In this document: one piece after another, positions 9,160 to 18,940 of the stretch
Layout of the letters: each line of letters begins with the position of its first letter
Position numbering within the stretch: position 1 is the first letter of the stretch
Assembly (NCBI GenBank): GCA_902615625.1
Contig: CACMPM010000006.1
Location: 10,173 to 74,172 of the forward strand
Source: an uncultured Alphaproteobacteria bacterium
GTDB lineage: Bacteria; Pseudomonadota; Alphaproteobacteria; HIMB59; GCA-002718135
Direction of reading: 5' to 3'
DNA: 64,000 nucleotides
Translations under genes and position numbers: made by a program
The notes under the pieces: model-generated
Seen by the model: only the letters and a program-made list of their open reading frames with translations
Databases searched by the model: none
Told to the model about the DNA's origin: nothing

Positions 9160-9194
9160 AGATAAAAGAAATCACGCGGTAAAAACCGCGTGAT
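9160..9194 (-). terminator. Intercistronic hairpin plus U-rich tract between the binding-protein gene and the permease genes (attenuator / mRNA 3'-end stabiliser)
   Basis: The minus-strand RNA reads AUCACGCGG-UUUUUA-CCGCGUGAU (9-bp GC-rich stem, 9194-9171) followed by UUCUUUUAUCUU. Confidence 0.5.
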
Positions 9195-9204
9195 AAAATA
9201 TACA

Positions 9205-10464
9205 TTACTTATAACGTCTCATAGAAGATTCAATTCTAGATTCAGCATCTGCTAAAACAGAAGCTGGATCACCACCATTTCTTATATCTTCAAAACTAGT
9301 GTTAACTATTTCTTCAAACTCTAAGAAACCAGGTGTTCTTCCTCTAGTAGCGCAATGATTTGCTGACTCATATGTAGCTAAGTTCATAACAATTCCAGGG
9401 AAGTTGTTGAATTTTGGATCCTCAGCAACATGAAGTATTGCAGAGTTATGTGCTGGTAAAGAATTATGTTCTTCAACATAATGAATTGCTACTTCTGGGC
9501 TTGCAGTTAAATATCTAACAAGCTTAGCAGCATCATCTTTTTGTTTTGAATAATTCCAAACACCTATGTGCCAACTGTTACAGCCAGTAACAACTTTTCC
9601 GCCTTCAAAATAAGGATGTAGAGCTACACCATAATTAAGATCTGTATCAGCCCATCTTCCATTATTCCAAGATCCACCAACAAATATTCCAATTTTACCT
9701 AAACCAAATAACTCATGAGTTTGATCAGGTCCTACTCCTTTTGGTGAAATATTAGATGTGTTGTGAATGTCATAATAAAACTGACCAGCTTTCATCCATC
9801 CATCATTTGTTAAACATCCCTTAACAGATAGTCCACCCTCACAAACTCCAGATCCGCCACCAGCAGATTCAGGTAGTGCTTGTAACTGATAATATCTACT
9901 AATTTGATCAAAAATAAATCCATGGATACCATTTGCTTCATCAGTTATTTTTTTTGCACAATCAACTATTTCCTCCCAAGTTACTCTTTCTGCTTCAATC
10001 ATTGAAGGCTCAGCGCAACCTGCTTTAGCGAGTAAATCTTTATTATAATAAGTTAGCTGACCAGAGTTATTTAGAGGAGGAGCATACATTTCTCCATTCC
10101 ATGAAGCTGCAGCGATACCAGCAGGTGCAAATATTGCATTAACACTAGTGTCTGCAAAATATTGATCCATTGGACCTATCATACCTCTTACTGCATAAGA
10201 TGGAACTAAAGGTGCATCAACAAATATTACATCAACATCATCAGCTTGTGCATTGCCTCTTACTTCAATAGTTGCCAGTAAATCTCTAAATGGAAATGTT
10301 TGGATATTTACCTCAATGCCTGTTTCTTTTTCAAACGCTTCAACAAAAGGTGTAAGAGGTTCCTCTGCCCACGTTCCAATAAGAAAATTAATTTCAGCTT
10401 TTGCACTAGTAACTATGTTACTAAATAAAAATATAGTGCATAGGCTTGCTAATATTTTTTTCAT
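9205..10464 (-). CDS. ABC transporter periplasmic substrate-binding protein, family 1 (sugar-type)
   Basis: 419 aa. Signal peptide MKKILASLCTIFLFSNIVTSAKA. Family-1 SBP-like sequence. First gene of the SBP-permease-permease unit. Confidence 0.9.
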   Translation of the reverse strand: MKKILASLCTIFLFSNIVTSAKAEINFLIGTWAEEPLTPFVEAFEKETGIEVNIQTFPFRDLLATIEVRGNAQADDVDVIFVDAPLVPSYAVRGMIGPMDQYFADTSVNAIFAPAGIAAASWNGEMYAPPLNNSGQLTYYNKDLLAKAGCAEPSMIEAERVTWEEIVDCAKKITDEANGIHGFIFDQISRYYQLQALPESAGGGSGVCEGGLSVKGCLTNDGWMKAGQFYYDIHNTSNISPKGVGPDQTHELFGLGKIGIFVGGSWNNGRWADTDLNYGVALHPYFEGGKVVTGCNSWHIGVWNYSKQKDDAAKLVRYLTASPEVAIHYVEEHNSLPAHNSAILHVAEDPKFNNFPGIVMNLATYESANHCATRGRTPGFLEFEEIVNTSFEDIRNGGDPASVLADAESRIESSMRRYK

Positions 10465-10607
10465 TTTATCCTCCCAGATAATTTCTTAATAGATAACATC
10501 ATAAAACTGGGAATTTTAGAAGGAAAAAAGAAAAATATTAAGAATATTTTATAATTCTAGGAAAAATACTAATATTAATAATTAATAATTACTGATACAA
10601 ATTAAGT

Positions 10608-11552
10608 ATGGGGCATTTTGAAAAATCATTCTACCACGAAAGAGATGACACTAATATTTTGAAGTTACTTAAGCCAAGAAAAGGCAAAGTAAGAGCCGTT
10701 TTAGATACAGACACTTATAATGAAATAGACGATCAGTTTGCACTTGTGCAAATGATGCTTTCACCGGATAGAATTAAAGTTGAAGCTATATATCCAGCTC
10801 CCTTCTCAATGAATGATAGATCAGATCATCCAGGTAAAGGTATGGAATTAAGCTATGATGAAATACTAAGATGCCTTGAAAGAATTAATATATCACCGGA
10901 AGGATTAGTCCATAAAGGTGTAACGGGGTACATTGGTGCTAAAAAGGAATCCATAGATGCACCTGCGGTTGATGACTTAATCAATAAAGCTAATGCAGGT
11001 AGTAAAGAAGATCCACTCTATGTAATTGCCATAGGAGCAATTAGTAATGTGTCTTCAGCCCTATTAAAAGCTCCAGAGATAAAAGATAAAATTGTTGTTG
11101 TTTGGCTTGGTGGTAATGCTTTGTATTGGCCTCATTCCTATGATTATAATTTAAAACAAGATGTAGGTGGAACTCAAGTTTTATTTGATTGTGGTGTACC
11201 TCTTGTAATGGTTCCATGTGCAGGCGTTACTACACATCTAACTTCTACTGTACCAGAAGTTGAGAAGTATATTGAGCCTCATGGTGAAATAGGAAAGTTT
11301 TTAGCAATGCGATTTAAAGAGTATAGTGATGATCATAAATGTTGGTCAAAAGAATTATGGGATATGGCAGCAGTAGCTTGGGTTTTAGATGAAAAATTGA
11401 CTCCAACCAATCTAATTCCTTCTCCTGTGCTATCTGATAACATGACTTGGAGTGTTGATCAAAGAAGACATCCAATTAAAATTGTATCTATGTTAAACAG
11501 AGATGCAATTTTAAAAGATTTTGTGGAGAAGTTAGAAAAATTTAATAGCTAA
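10608..11552 (+). CDS. Nucleoside hydrolase-like protein (IUNH family, variant Asp cluster)
   Basis: 314 aa. The N-terminal Asp cluster VLDTDTYNEIDDQFAL resembles the DxDxxxDD Ca/ribose-binding motif of inosine-uridine-preferring nucleoside hydrolases, but with longer spacing. Confidence 0.75.
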   Translation: MGHFEKSFYHERDDTNILKLLKPRKGKVRAVLDTDTYNEIDDQFALVQMMLSPDRIKVEAIYPAPFSMNDRSDHPGKGMELSYDEILRCLERINISPEGLVHKGVTGYIGAKKESIDAPAVDDLINKANAGSKEDPLYVIAIGAISNVSSALLKAPEIKDKIVVVWLGGNALYWPHSYDYNLKQDVGGTQVLFDCGVPLVMVPCAGVTTHLTSTVPEVEKYIEPHGEIGKFLAMRFKEYSDDHKCWSKELWDMAAVAWVLDEKLTPTNLIPSPVLSDNMTWSVDQRRHPIKIVSMLNRDAILKDFVEKLEKFNS

Positions 11553-12827
11553 TTATAATTTTACTTTCATATTTTCATTGATCTTTGCTGCTTTTATTAA
11601 ATCATTAATAGATTTGAAAGAATTTGTGTTCTTCAGCATTTCAATTGCAAGACTAGATGCTTTATATTCACAGTTTGCTCTAACTTTTGTATTTTCTATC
11701 CATTCAAAATCTATGTTGTGAGCAAAACCATAGATTCTTCGAATTATTTTAGCGCCTGCGTATGAAATAGTTTCCTCAAAAAGATTTTGCATATATATTT
11801 TTTTTTCTAAAATCATTTTTTTGCTATTTTTTTTAAAAAGTACTTTGGGATATGCATCACCATAATTTTCAGTTTCCCACAATTTTAAAAATTTCTTCTC
11901 AAATTTAATCCAAATAGTTTTAATTATTTCAAGTAACCATTTCTTATATTTTTTTCTTTCTCCAAATTTTTTTTCGTGCCCAGTTTGGGAGAAAAAACTC
12001 ATTAATAGATTTGCAATTAGTGCACCAGTGTCAAATCCCATTGGACCATAAAAAGCAAATTCTGGATCAATTACCTTTGTGTCTTTTGTTGTAACCATAA
12101 TTGAACCCGTATGAAGATCTCCATGCAAAAGAGCATCAGTGTTTTTCATAAATTTCAATTTTAAATGACTTATAATAATCTTTAGTTTTTCATCTTTTTC
12201 TATCTTTTTTTTCATTTTATTTAAATAAGGCTTAGTCCATCTATTGTTCTTGTTTACAGCATATGGATCAGTAAATATCAAGTCCTCTGTAATTTTACAA
12301 AGTTCAGTATTTGAAATAAATTTTGAAATTAAATTTTTTTTTGATGCTGCTGTCAAATAAAGATCAGATGTGTAAAACAACGTTTTTGCTAAGTAGGTAG
12401 AAATAGACTCAGCAAAATTATTATATTTTATTCCCTTTATTAACCCATGTCTCATAATTATATGTGGAGATAGCTTTTCCATAGTTATAGAACGTAAAAC
12501 TTCGTCATAATCGTATATTTTTGGAAAATGATTTTTTACATATTTTTTATGAGTATTAAAATACTCATACTCATAATATGAGCGTTTTAGAGTAAGGGGC
12601 CAATCTTTTAAAACTCTCAAATAAGGTAGAGGTTGTTTTAAGCAAATTGAATTATGCTTATTTTCAATGAAAAAAACTAAATTCAAATTTCCATCACCTA
12701 CTTCTTTGACCTCTAAGTTTGAAGTATTCTTAAAAAGTTTTTTTAAATTCCTTTTAGAGATGATAAATTTTTTTAATTCATTTATTTTTAATGGTTTATA
12801 TTTATTTGGTTTGAATCTGGTTACCAT
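11553..12827 (-). CDS. mtnK: 5-methylthioribose kinase
   Basis: 424 aa. EVGDGNLNLVF and LLHGDLHTGSIMV match the MtnK signatures GDGNLN and HGDLHTGS. Confidence 0.85.
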   Translation of the reverse strand: MVTRFKPNKYKPLKINELKKFIISKRNLKKLFKNTSNLEVKEVGDGNLNLVFFIENKHNSICLKQPLPYLRVLKDWPLTLKRSYYEYEYFNTHKKYVKNHFPKIYDYDEVLRSITMEKLSPHIIMRHGLIKGIKYNNFAESISTYLAKTLFYTSDLYLTAASKKNLISKFISNTELCKITEDLIFTDPYAVNKNNRWTKPYLNKMKKKIEKDEKLKIIISHLKLKFMKNTDALLHGDLHTGSIMVTTKDTKVIDPEFAFYGPMGFDTGALIANLLMSFFSQTGHEKKFGERKKYKKWLLEIIKTIWIKFEKKFLKLWETENYGDAYPKVLFKKNSKKMILEKKIYMQNLFEETISYAGAKIIRRIYGFAHNIDFEWIENTKVRANCEYKASSLAIEMLKNTNSFKSINDLIKAAKINENMKVKL

Positions 12828-12880
12828 AGTGATTTATATCAACAAAAGACTTAAAATAGAATAAATAGTAAAAATTAATA

Positions 12881-12955
12881 GGTCTCGTGGTGAAATGGAT
12901 ATCACACGTGTCTTCGGAACATGGATTTGGGGTTCGAGTCCCTACGAGACCGCCA
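12881..12955 (+). tRNA. tRNA-Arg (anticodon UCG), CCA encoded
   Basis: Hand-folded cloverleaf. Acceptor is GGTCTCG/CGAGACC, D arm GTGA/TCAC, anticodon stem CGTGT/ACATG with loop CTTCGGA (U33, anticodon TCG). T arm is TGGGG/CCCTA with loop TTCGAGT, followed by discriminator G plus CCA. It ends 1 nt before the asd stop codon. Confidence 0.9.
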
Positions 12956-12956
12956 A

Positions 12957-14000
12957 TTAAATAGTTATTTTTTCAGAGTATTTAGAAATTACTAGCTCAG
13001 CAATTTGAACAGCATTAAGTGCTGCTCCTTTTCTCAAATTATCTGAAACCACCCATAGACTTAAACCATTATCTATAGATTGATCATTTCTTATTCTGCT
13101 AATATAAACTTTATCTTCTCCTGCAATTTCTACTGGAGTCACATAACCTTCATCTTTTCGGTGATCAATTACAGAAATACCTTCAGAGTTAGATAATATT
13201 TCATTAGCTTCTTTTTCATCTAATGGTGAGTCAAACTCTATATTTAATGCTTCTGAATGACCGATAAAAACAGCCGTTCTAACACAAGTTGCAGAAACAT
13301 TAATTCCTTCGTCTAGAATTTTTTTTGTTTCATCAATCATTTTTTGCTCTTCTTCTGTATTGCCATTTTCTAAAAAAGCTCCAATGTGTGGAATGGCATT
13401 AAAAGCAATTTGTTTTGTAAACTTTTCTTTTTTTAATTCTTGGTTTGCATAAACATTTTGAGTCTGATTAAACAATTCATCCATACCTGTTTTGCCTGCC
13501 CCTGATACAGCTTGGTATGTTGATACAACAACTCTGTTGATAATTGCTTTTTCATGAAGTGGTTTTAATGCAACAACCATTTGTATTGTTGAACAGTTAG
13601 GGTTTGAAATAATATTAGTTCTGTTTTCATCATCAAAAAATTCATCAAGTGCATTAGCGTTTACTTCAGGTACGATTAAAGGAATATTTTTATGCATTCG
13701 AAAATGAGAGGTATTGTCTATAACGATACATCCTGCTTTAGCTGCTTTTGGTGCATATTCCGCAGAAATTTTACCTCCGGGTGAAAATAAACCAATATGA
13801 GCTTTTGAAAAATCAAATTCTGATAAATCTTCTACAACAATTTCTTTATCTTTAAACTCTACTTTTTTGCCTTTTGATTTTGATGATGCGAGTAAATATA
13901 AATTGTCTATTGGAAAATCCCTTTGCTCTAATATTTGAACTATTTCTGTTCCTACCGCACCTGTTGCTCCTGCTACCGCTATATTATATTTTTGAGTCAT
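12957..14000 (-). CDS. asd: Aspartate-semialdehyde dehydrogenase
   Basis: 347 aa. NAD-binding N-terminus is VAGATGAVG. The active-site region SNPNCSTIQ carries the catalytic Cys. Confidence 0.95.
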   Translation of the reverse strand: MTQKYNIAVAGATGAVGTEIVQILEQRDFPIDNLYLLASSKSKGKKVEFKDKEIVVEDLSEFDFSKAHIGLFSPGGKISAEYAPKAAKAGCIVIDNTSHFRMHKNIPLIVPEVNANALDEFFDDENRTNIISNPNCSTIQMVVALKPLHEKAIINRVVVSTYQAVSGAGKTGMDELFNQTQNVYANQELKKEKFTKQIAFNAIPHIGAFLENGNTEEEQKMIDETKKILDEGINVSATCVRTAVFIGHSEALNIEFDSPLDEKEANEILSNSEGISVIDHRKDEGYVTPVEIAGEDKVYISRIRNDQSIDNGLSLWVVSDNLRKGAALNAVQIAELVISKYSEKITI

Positions 14001-15113
14001 TTAATTCCCAGATAGAATTTTTAATTCTTCAATAACAGCATTTCCCATTTCTTGAGTAGAAATAATTTTTTCTGCTCCATCTTTAATATCAGCTGTTCTT
14101 AAACCTTTTAGTAACACATTCTGTACTGCTTTCTCAATTATTTGACTATCTTCTTGCAGATCAAAACTATATTTCAACATCATAGCAAAGCTCATGATCA
14201 TTGCTAAAGGATTTGCTTTAGATTGACCAGCTATGTCTGGTGCACTACCATGAACTGGCTCATACATTGCCGCTCTAGTTCCATTTTCTTTCACTGGTCC
14301 AAGAGCTGCTGAAGGGAGCATTCCTAAAGATCCTGTTAGCATAGCTGCAGTATCACTTAAAAGATCACCAAATAAGTTATCTGTAAGTATGACATCAAAT
14401 TGTTTTGGATAACGAACTAATTGCATTGCACAATTATCTGCGAGCATATGTTCTAAATTAACATCAGAATATTCCTTTTTGTGCAAATCTGTTACAGTTT
14501 GTTTCCAAAATAAACCTGTTTCCATTACATTAGATTTTTCTACTGATGTAACTTTATTATTACGCAACTTTGCTAAATCAAATGCCACTCGTGAAACTCT
14601 ATTGACTTCTGATGTGGTATACAGTTGAGTATCAACTGCCTTACTTTCAGTCTCACTAATTTTTGATATACCTCTTGGTTGTCCAAAATATACACCGCTT
14701 GTTAATTCTCTTATTATCAAAATATCCAATCCTTTAACAAGATCAGATTTTAAAGATGATGAATCTGAAAGAGCATCTAAAACAACCGCTGGTCTTAGAT
14801 TAGCAAAGAGATCAAGGTCTTTTCTTAATCTTAATAAGGCTGCTTCAGGTCTTTTATCTCTTTCTACATTGTCCCATTTAGCACCTCCTACCGCACCAAA
14901 TAATACTGCATCACAATTCATAGCTACTTGCATTGTTTCATCACTTATAGAATTGCCTTCTTTATCGTATGCTGTACCCCCAACTAATCTTTCAGAAATA
15001 TCAAAAGATAAAGATTTAGTTTTTTCCATCCAATCAATTATTTTTAATACCTCAGCCATAACTTCATTGCCAATGCCGTCACCAGGTAAAATTAAAATTT
15101 TTTTATTACTCAT
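14001..15113 (-). CDS. leuB: 3-isopropylmalate dehydrogenase
   Basis: 370 aa with [11 protein letters not shown] and the NLFGDLLSD motif. Follows leuCD. Confidence 0.95.
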   Translation of the reverse strand: MSNKKILILPGDGIGNEVMAEVLKIIDWMEKTKSLSFDISERLVGGTAYDKEGNSISDETMQVAMNCDAVLFGAVGGAKWDNVERDKRPEAALLRLRKDLDLFANLRPAVVLDALSDSSSLKSDLVKGLDILIIRELTSGVYFGQPRGISKISETESKAVDTQLYTTSEVNRVSRVAFDLAKLRNNKVTSVEKSNVMETGLFWKQTVTDLHKKEYSDVNLEHMLADNCAMQLVRYPKQFDVILTDNLFGDLLSDTAAMLTGSLGMLPSAALGPVKENGTRAAMYEPVHGSAPDIAGQSKANPLAMIMSFAMMLKYSFDLQEDSQIIEKAVQNVLLKGLRTADIKDGAEKIISTQEMGNAVIEELKILSGN

Positions 15114-15119
15114 TTTTGA

Positions 15120-15722
15120 CTACACTATCCAAGGTTGGATACTGTGTATTTTTTCTTCGTGAACATCAATTTTTTTATTTTTTTGGAGCGTCAAACCAAT
15201 ATCGTCCAAACCCTCTAGCAAACATTTTTTTCGAAATGCATCAATTTCAAATTCTATTGTTTTATCATTTTGATAAGTGATTTTTTGATTTTCTAAATCA
15301 ACTGAAACATCATTTTTATTTTCTGCTTCGTTAATTAATATATCTACCTTTTGTTGATCTAACTTAATTGGCAGTATTCCATTTTTAAAACAATTATTAT
15401 AGAAAATATCTGCGAAGCTTGGTGCAATTATTGACTTAAAACCAAAATCTAAAAGTGACCATGGTGCATGCTCTCTACTTGATCCACAACCAAAATTTGC
15501 CCCAGCAATTAAAATTTTTGAAGTTTTATAAGGGTCCCAATTTAGAACAAAATCATTCTTTATGTTACCTTGAATATCGTATCTTAATTCATGAAATAAG
15601 TTTTTTCCTAAACCAGATCTCTTTATTGTTTTCAAAAATTGTTTTGGAATAATCATATCAGTATCGACATTAATCATTGGTAGTGGTGCAGGTATACTAA
15701 TTATTGTTTTAAATGATTCCAT
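15120..15722 (-). CDS. leuD: 3-isopropylmalate dehydratase small subunit
   Basis: 200 aa with GANFGCGSSREHAPW (aconitase swivel-domain motif). Confidence 0.95.
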   Translation of the reverse strand: MESFKTIISIPAPLPMINVDTDMIIPKQFLKTIKRSGLGKNLFHELRYDIQGNIKNDFVLNWDPYKTSKILIAGANFGCGSSREHAPWSLLDFGFKSIIAPSFADIFYNNCFKNGILPIKLDQQKVDILINEAENKNDVSVDLENQKITYQNDKTIEFEIDAFRKKCLLEGLDDIGLTLQKNKKIDVHEEKIHSIQPWIV

Positions 15723-17126
15723 TTATAAATCCTCTGCCGTTGCAAAAGAACCTTTGATCGCAGAGGCAGCAGCTATTGCGGGACTAACAAGATGTGTTCT
15801 ACCTTCTCTACCTTGTCTGCCTTCAAAATTTCTATTTGATGTTGATGCACATCTTTCTTGCGGTTTTAATTGATCTGGATTCATAGCTAAACACATGGAA
15901 CAACCTGGCTCTCTCCAATCAAATCCTGCTTCAATAAAAATTTTATCTAAACCTTCTTCTTCAGCCTGTTTTTTAACTAGACCTGAACCAGGAACGATCA
16001 TTGAGTCTACAGAAACTTTTTTGCCTTCTACAACTTTAGCAACTTCTCTTAAATCCTCAATTCTTCCATTAGTGCAAGAGCCAATAAACACTTTATCAAT
16101 TTTAATTTTTTGTATTTCTTGTTTGGGTTCTAAACCCATATATTCAAGAGAACGCTCCATAGCCTTTTTTCTATTTGGATTACTCTCTTCTTGAGGATTT
16201 GGTACTATACCATTTATAGCAACAACGTCTTGTGGGCTTGTGCCCCAAGTAATTTGTGGTGAAATATCTTCAGCATTAATTAAAATTTCTTCATCATATT
16301 TTGCACCCTCATCAGAAGGAAGAGATTTCCAAAATTCTACCGCTTTGTCCCAATTATCTCCTGATGGAGCGTACGGTCTACCTTTAATATATTCAAAAGT
16401 TTTTTCGTCAGGAGCGATTAAACCAGCTCTAGCACCTGCTTCAATACTCATATTACAGATTGTCATTCTTCCTTCCATAGAAAGAGAGGAAATTGCACTA
16501 CCACCATATTCAATAACATAACCAGTTCCACCAGCTGTTCCTATCTTTCCTATTATATGAAGGATAATATCTTTTGCTGTAACACCTAAGTTTAATTTAC
16601 CTTCAACAGAAATTTGCATATTCTTTGCAGGTTTTTGAATTAAGGTCTGAGTAGCTAATACATGTTCAACTTCACTTGTGCCAATACCAAAAGCTAAGGC
16701 ACCAAATGCTCCGTGTGTTGCTGTATGACTATCACCACAAACTATTGTCATACCTGGCTGAGTAATACCCTGTTCTGGTCCAACTATATGAACTATACCT
16801 TGTCTACTATCTAATAATGGAAAAAGTGTAACATCAAAATCTTTGCAATTTTTTTCTAGTGTTTCAACCTGAATTCTACTTTCTTTATTTTCTATACCTT
16901 TAGATCTATCTGAAGTTGGGACATTATGATCAGCTACAGCAAAAGTACTTTCGGGTCTTCTAACTTTACGATTATTATTTCTCAAACCTTCAAATGCTTG
17001 AGGACTTGTAACTTCATGAACAAGGTGTCTATCAATATATATAAGACAAGTTCCATCTTCTTGTCTATCGACAAGATGATGTTCCCAAATTTTATCAAAA
17101 AGAGTTTTAGGATTATTTATTGTCAT
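15723..17126 (-). CDS. leuC: 3-isopropylmalate dehydratase large subunit
   Basis: [12 protein letters not shown]-terminus and Fe-S cluster cysteines ([15 protein letters not shown]). I place the start at ATG 17126 ([14 protein letters not shown]) rather than the track's 17171. It still overlaps the end of rplS by 14 nt. Confidence 0.95.
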   Translation of the reverse strand: MTINNPKTLFDKIWEHHLVDRQEDGTCLIYIDRHLVHEVTSPQAFEGLRNNNRKVRRPESTFAVADHNVPTSDRSKGIENKESRIQVETLEKNCKDFDVTLFPLLDSRQGIVHIVGPEQGITQPGMTIVCGDSHTATHGAFGALAFGIGTSEVEHVLATQTLIQKPAKNMQISVEGKLNLGVTAKDIILHIIGKIGTAGGTGYVIEYGGSAISSLSMEGRMTICNMSIEAGARAGLIAPDEKTFEYIKGRPYAPSGDNWDKAVEFWKSLPSDEGAKYDEEILINAEDISPQITWGTSPQDVVAINGIVPNPQEESNPNRKKAMERSLEYMGLEPKQEIQKIKIDKVFIGSCTNGRIEDLREVAKVVEGKKVSVDSMIVPGSGLVKKQAEEEGLDKIFIEAGFDWREPGCSMCLAMNPDQLKPQERCASTSNRNFEGRQGREGRTHLVSPAIAAASAIKGSFATAEDL

Positions 17127-17718
17127 CCGATTTATTTTCGGCTGCTTTTTCCTCTTCTTTACTAGATTCATCTGCAGCTTCTGCTTTAGATTCTTCTGCT
17201 GGTTTGGCTTCTGCTTCTTCTGCTTTTGTCTCTGCTTGTTTTGCTTCTACCTCTTCAGCTTTTGGTTCCTCTGCAGCATTTGTATTAGTATCTTTAGTTT
17301 TTGTTTCTTCTACCGGAGGAGCCTCCTCTATATATTCATATTGATCAGCTTCATCGCCCCTATCTTTATCTGCGATCCTTGCTTTCTTTCCAGATAATTC
17401 TCTTAGATAATATAGCTTAGCTCTTCTTACATCACCTTTTCTAACAACTTCAATTTTTTCTACTAATGGACTGAATAAAGGGAATACTCTTTCAACACCC
17501 TCTCCATGAGATATTTTTCTCACAGTAAAGTTAGAGTTTACTGAATTATTTTTTCTTGCAATACAAATACCTTCAAATGCTTGAAGTCTCGACTTACTTC
17601 CCTCTGTAATTCTTACAGTAACTTTTAGAGTATCGCCTGGACGAAAAGCAGGAACTCTTTTTTTTAAAGTTAACTTTTCAATCTGTTGTTTTTCAAATGT
17701 CTCTAATAAATTACTCAT
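17113..17718 (-). CDS. rplS: 50S ribosomal protein L19 with an ~80-aa acidic Ala/Glu/Lys-rich C-terminal extension
   Basis: The core is RPGDTLKV...[10 protein letters not shown]...[18 protein letters not shown]. The tail is [52 protein letters not shown]. Confidence 0.95.
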   Translation of the reverse strand: MSNLLETFEKQQIEKLTLKKRVPAFRPGDTLKVTVRITEGSKSRLQAFEGICIARKNNSVNSNFTVRKISHGEGVERVFPLFSPLVEKIEVVRKGDVRRAKLYYLRELSGKKARIADKDRGDEADQYEYIEEAPPVEETKTKDTNTNAAEEPKAEEVEAKQAETKAEEAEAKPAEESKAEAADESSKEEEKAAENKSDDNK

Positions 17719-17719
17719 T

Positions 17720-18418
17720 TTATATTTCCTTTTTATAAAGATCTGGTCTTAATTCTTTAGTTTTTTCAACCGATTTTTCTTTTCTCCATTTATAAATTTT
17801 TTCATGATGACCTGATGTTAAAACATCTGGAACTTCATGTTTATTTCCCTGAATATCTTCCCAGGTTTGTGGTCTGGTATAATGAGGATATTCAAGCAGA
17901 TTATTAGAAAAAGATTCTTCTAATAAACTTTGTGGCTGCCCTAATACTCCAGGAATGAGACGAATACAACCTTCAACTAACACCTGGGCAGCAATCTCAC
18001 CACCAGAAAGGACGTAATCACCGATACTTATTTCCTGAAAATCAAGAATTTCTATAGCTCTTTGGTCAACCCCTTCAAATCTACCGCATAAAATAAGCAT
18101 TTCATCATGTTTTGATAGATTATTAAGTTTGGCTTGAGATAATTTCTGACCTGACGGTGTTAGAAAAATTTTGCAGTAATTATCGGTTTTGAAAGTGATT
18201 GAATTTAATGCTTTTTCTATCACATCTGGACGAATAACCATTCCAGGGCCTCCCCCAAAAGGTTCATCATCAACACTTCCTCTTTTGTCAATTCCAAAAT
18301 TATGTAAATTGACTATCTCGAGAGAAAATTTTTTATTGTTTAATGCATTTCCGATTACAGAATATCCTAGTGAACCAGGGAACATCTCAGGATAACAAGT
18401 TAAAATTACTACTCTCAT
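17720..18418 (-). CDS. trmD: tRNA (guanine37-N1)-methyltransferase
   Basis: [16 protein letters not shown]-terminus and GRFEGVDQR / [11 protein letters not shown] motifs. I prefer ATG 18418, one nt after the rimM stop, over the upstream TTG at 18427. Confidence 0.95.
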   Translation of the reverse strand: MRVVILTCYPEMFPGSLGYSVIGNALNNKKFSLEIVNLHNFGIDKRGSVDDEPFGGGPGMVIRPDVIEKALNSITFKTDNYCKIFLTPSGQKLSQAKLNNLSKHDEMLILCGRFEGVDQRAIEILDFQEISIGDYVLSGGEIAAQVLVEGCIRLIPGVLGQPQSLLEESFSNNLLEYPHYTRPQTWEDIQGNKHEVPDVLTSGHHEKIYKWRKEKSVEKTKELRPDLYKKEI

Positions 18419-18419
18419 T

Positions 18420-18926
18420 TTAATCAAGAATACCAGGTATTGGATCAGCTATAATTTCTTTTTTATTAATATTAACTGATAAAATATTTGTTTTATCAAA
18501 AGGTATAAGAATAAGTTTGGTATTATATTTGACTTCTAATAAATCACCTGCTCCAAAATTTTGAACACTTAAAACTTTTCCAACACTAGTATTGTCTTTC
18601 AAGAAAATCATGCATTCGATTAGATCGTTTATGTAAAACTCATTATCTTTTGTTTTTGGAAAAAATTTCTTATTTGAAAAAATTTTTTGACCTTTAAGCT
18701 CTAAAGCATCTTCTCTAGAAAAGTAATTTTCAACCTGAACAACACACTTATTATTTTTGAATAAAATATTTTTAAAATTCCAAGCAACTGAACCATCAAA
18801 ATTATAATAGTTTTTTAAATTTTTAAAAACTTCAAACGAGGTAGTCATCATATTTACTTTTATTTCACCTTTTAATCCTACAGGAGATCCAAACTGACCA
18901 ACAAGAATAATATCTTTATTACTCAA
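18420..18926 (-). CDS. rimM: 16S rRNA processing protein RimM
   Basis: 168 aa with GSPVGLKGEIKV N-terminus, positioned between rpsP and trmD. It appears to use a TTG start. Confidence 0.9.
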   Translation of the reverse strand: MSNKDIILVGQFGSPVGLKGEIKVNMMTTSFEVFKNLKNYYNFDGSVAWNFKNILFKNNKCVVQVENYFSREDALELKGQKIFSNKKFFPKTKDNEFYINDLIECMIFLKDNTSVGKVLSVQNFGAGDLLEVKYNTKLILIPFDKTNILSVNINKKEIIADPIPGILD

Positions 18927-18940
18927 AGCAAAAATTGATT

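Noticed and set aside
17127-17171. Longer track starts for leuC (17171), ffh (20833), ccmG (47276), gcrA (25836), trmD (18427), the hydrolase (3785) and the exported protein (52888)
   Set aside because: Conserved N-termini begin at the downstream ATGs. These either have SD-like sequences or form stop/start overlaps with the preceding gene. The extensions overlap upstream genes or leader structures.
17120-17344. 74-aa Ser/Ala-rich ORF antisense to the rplS tail
   Set aside because: It is simply the complement of the GAA/GCA/AAA-rich tail codons (TTC/TGC/TTT read as Ser/Ala/Phe). There is no independent signal.
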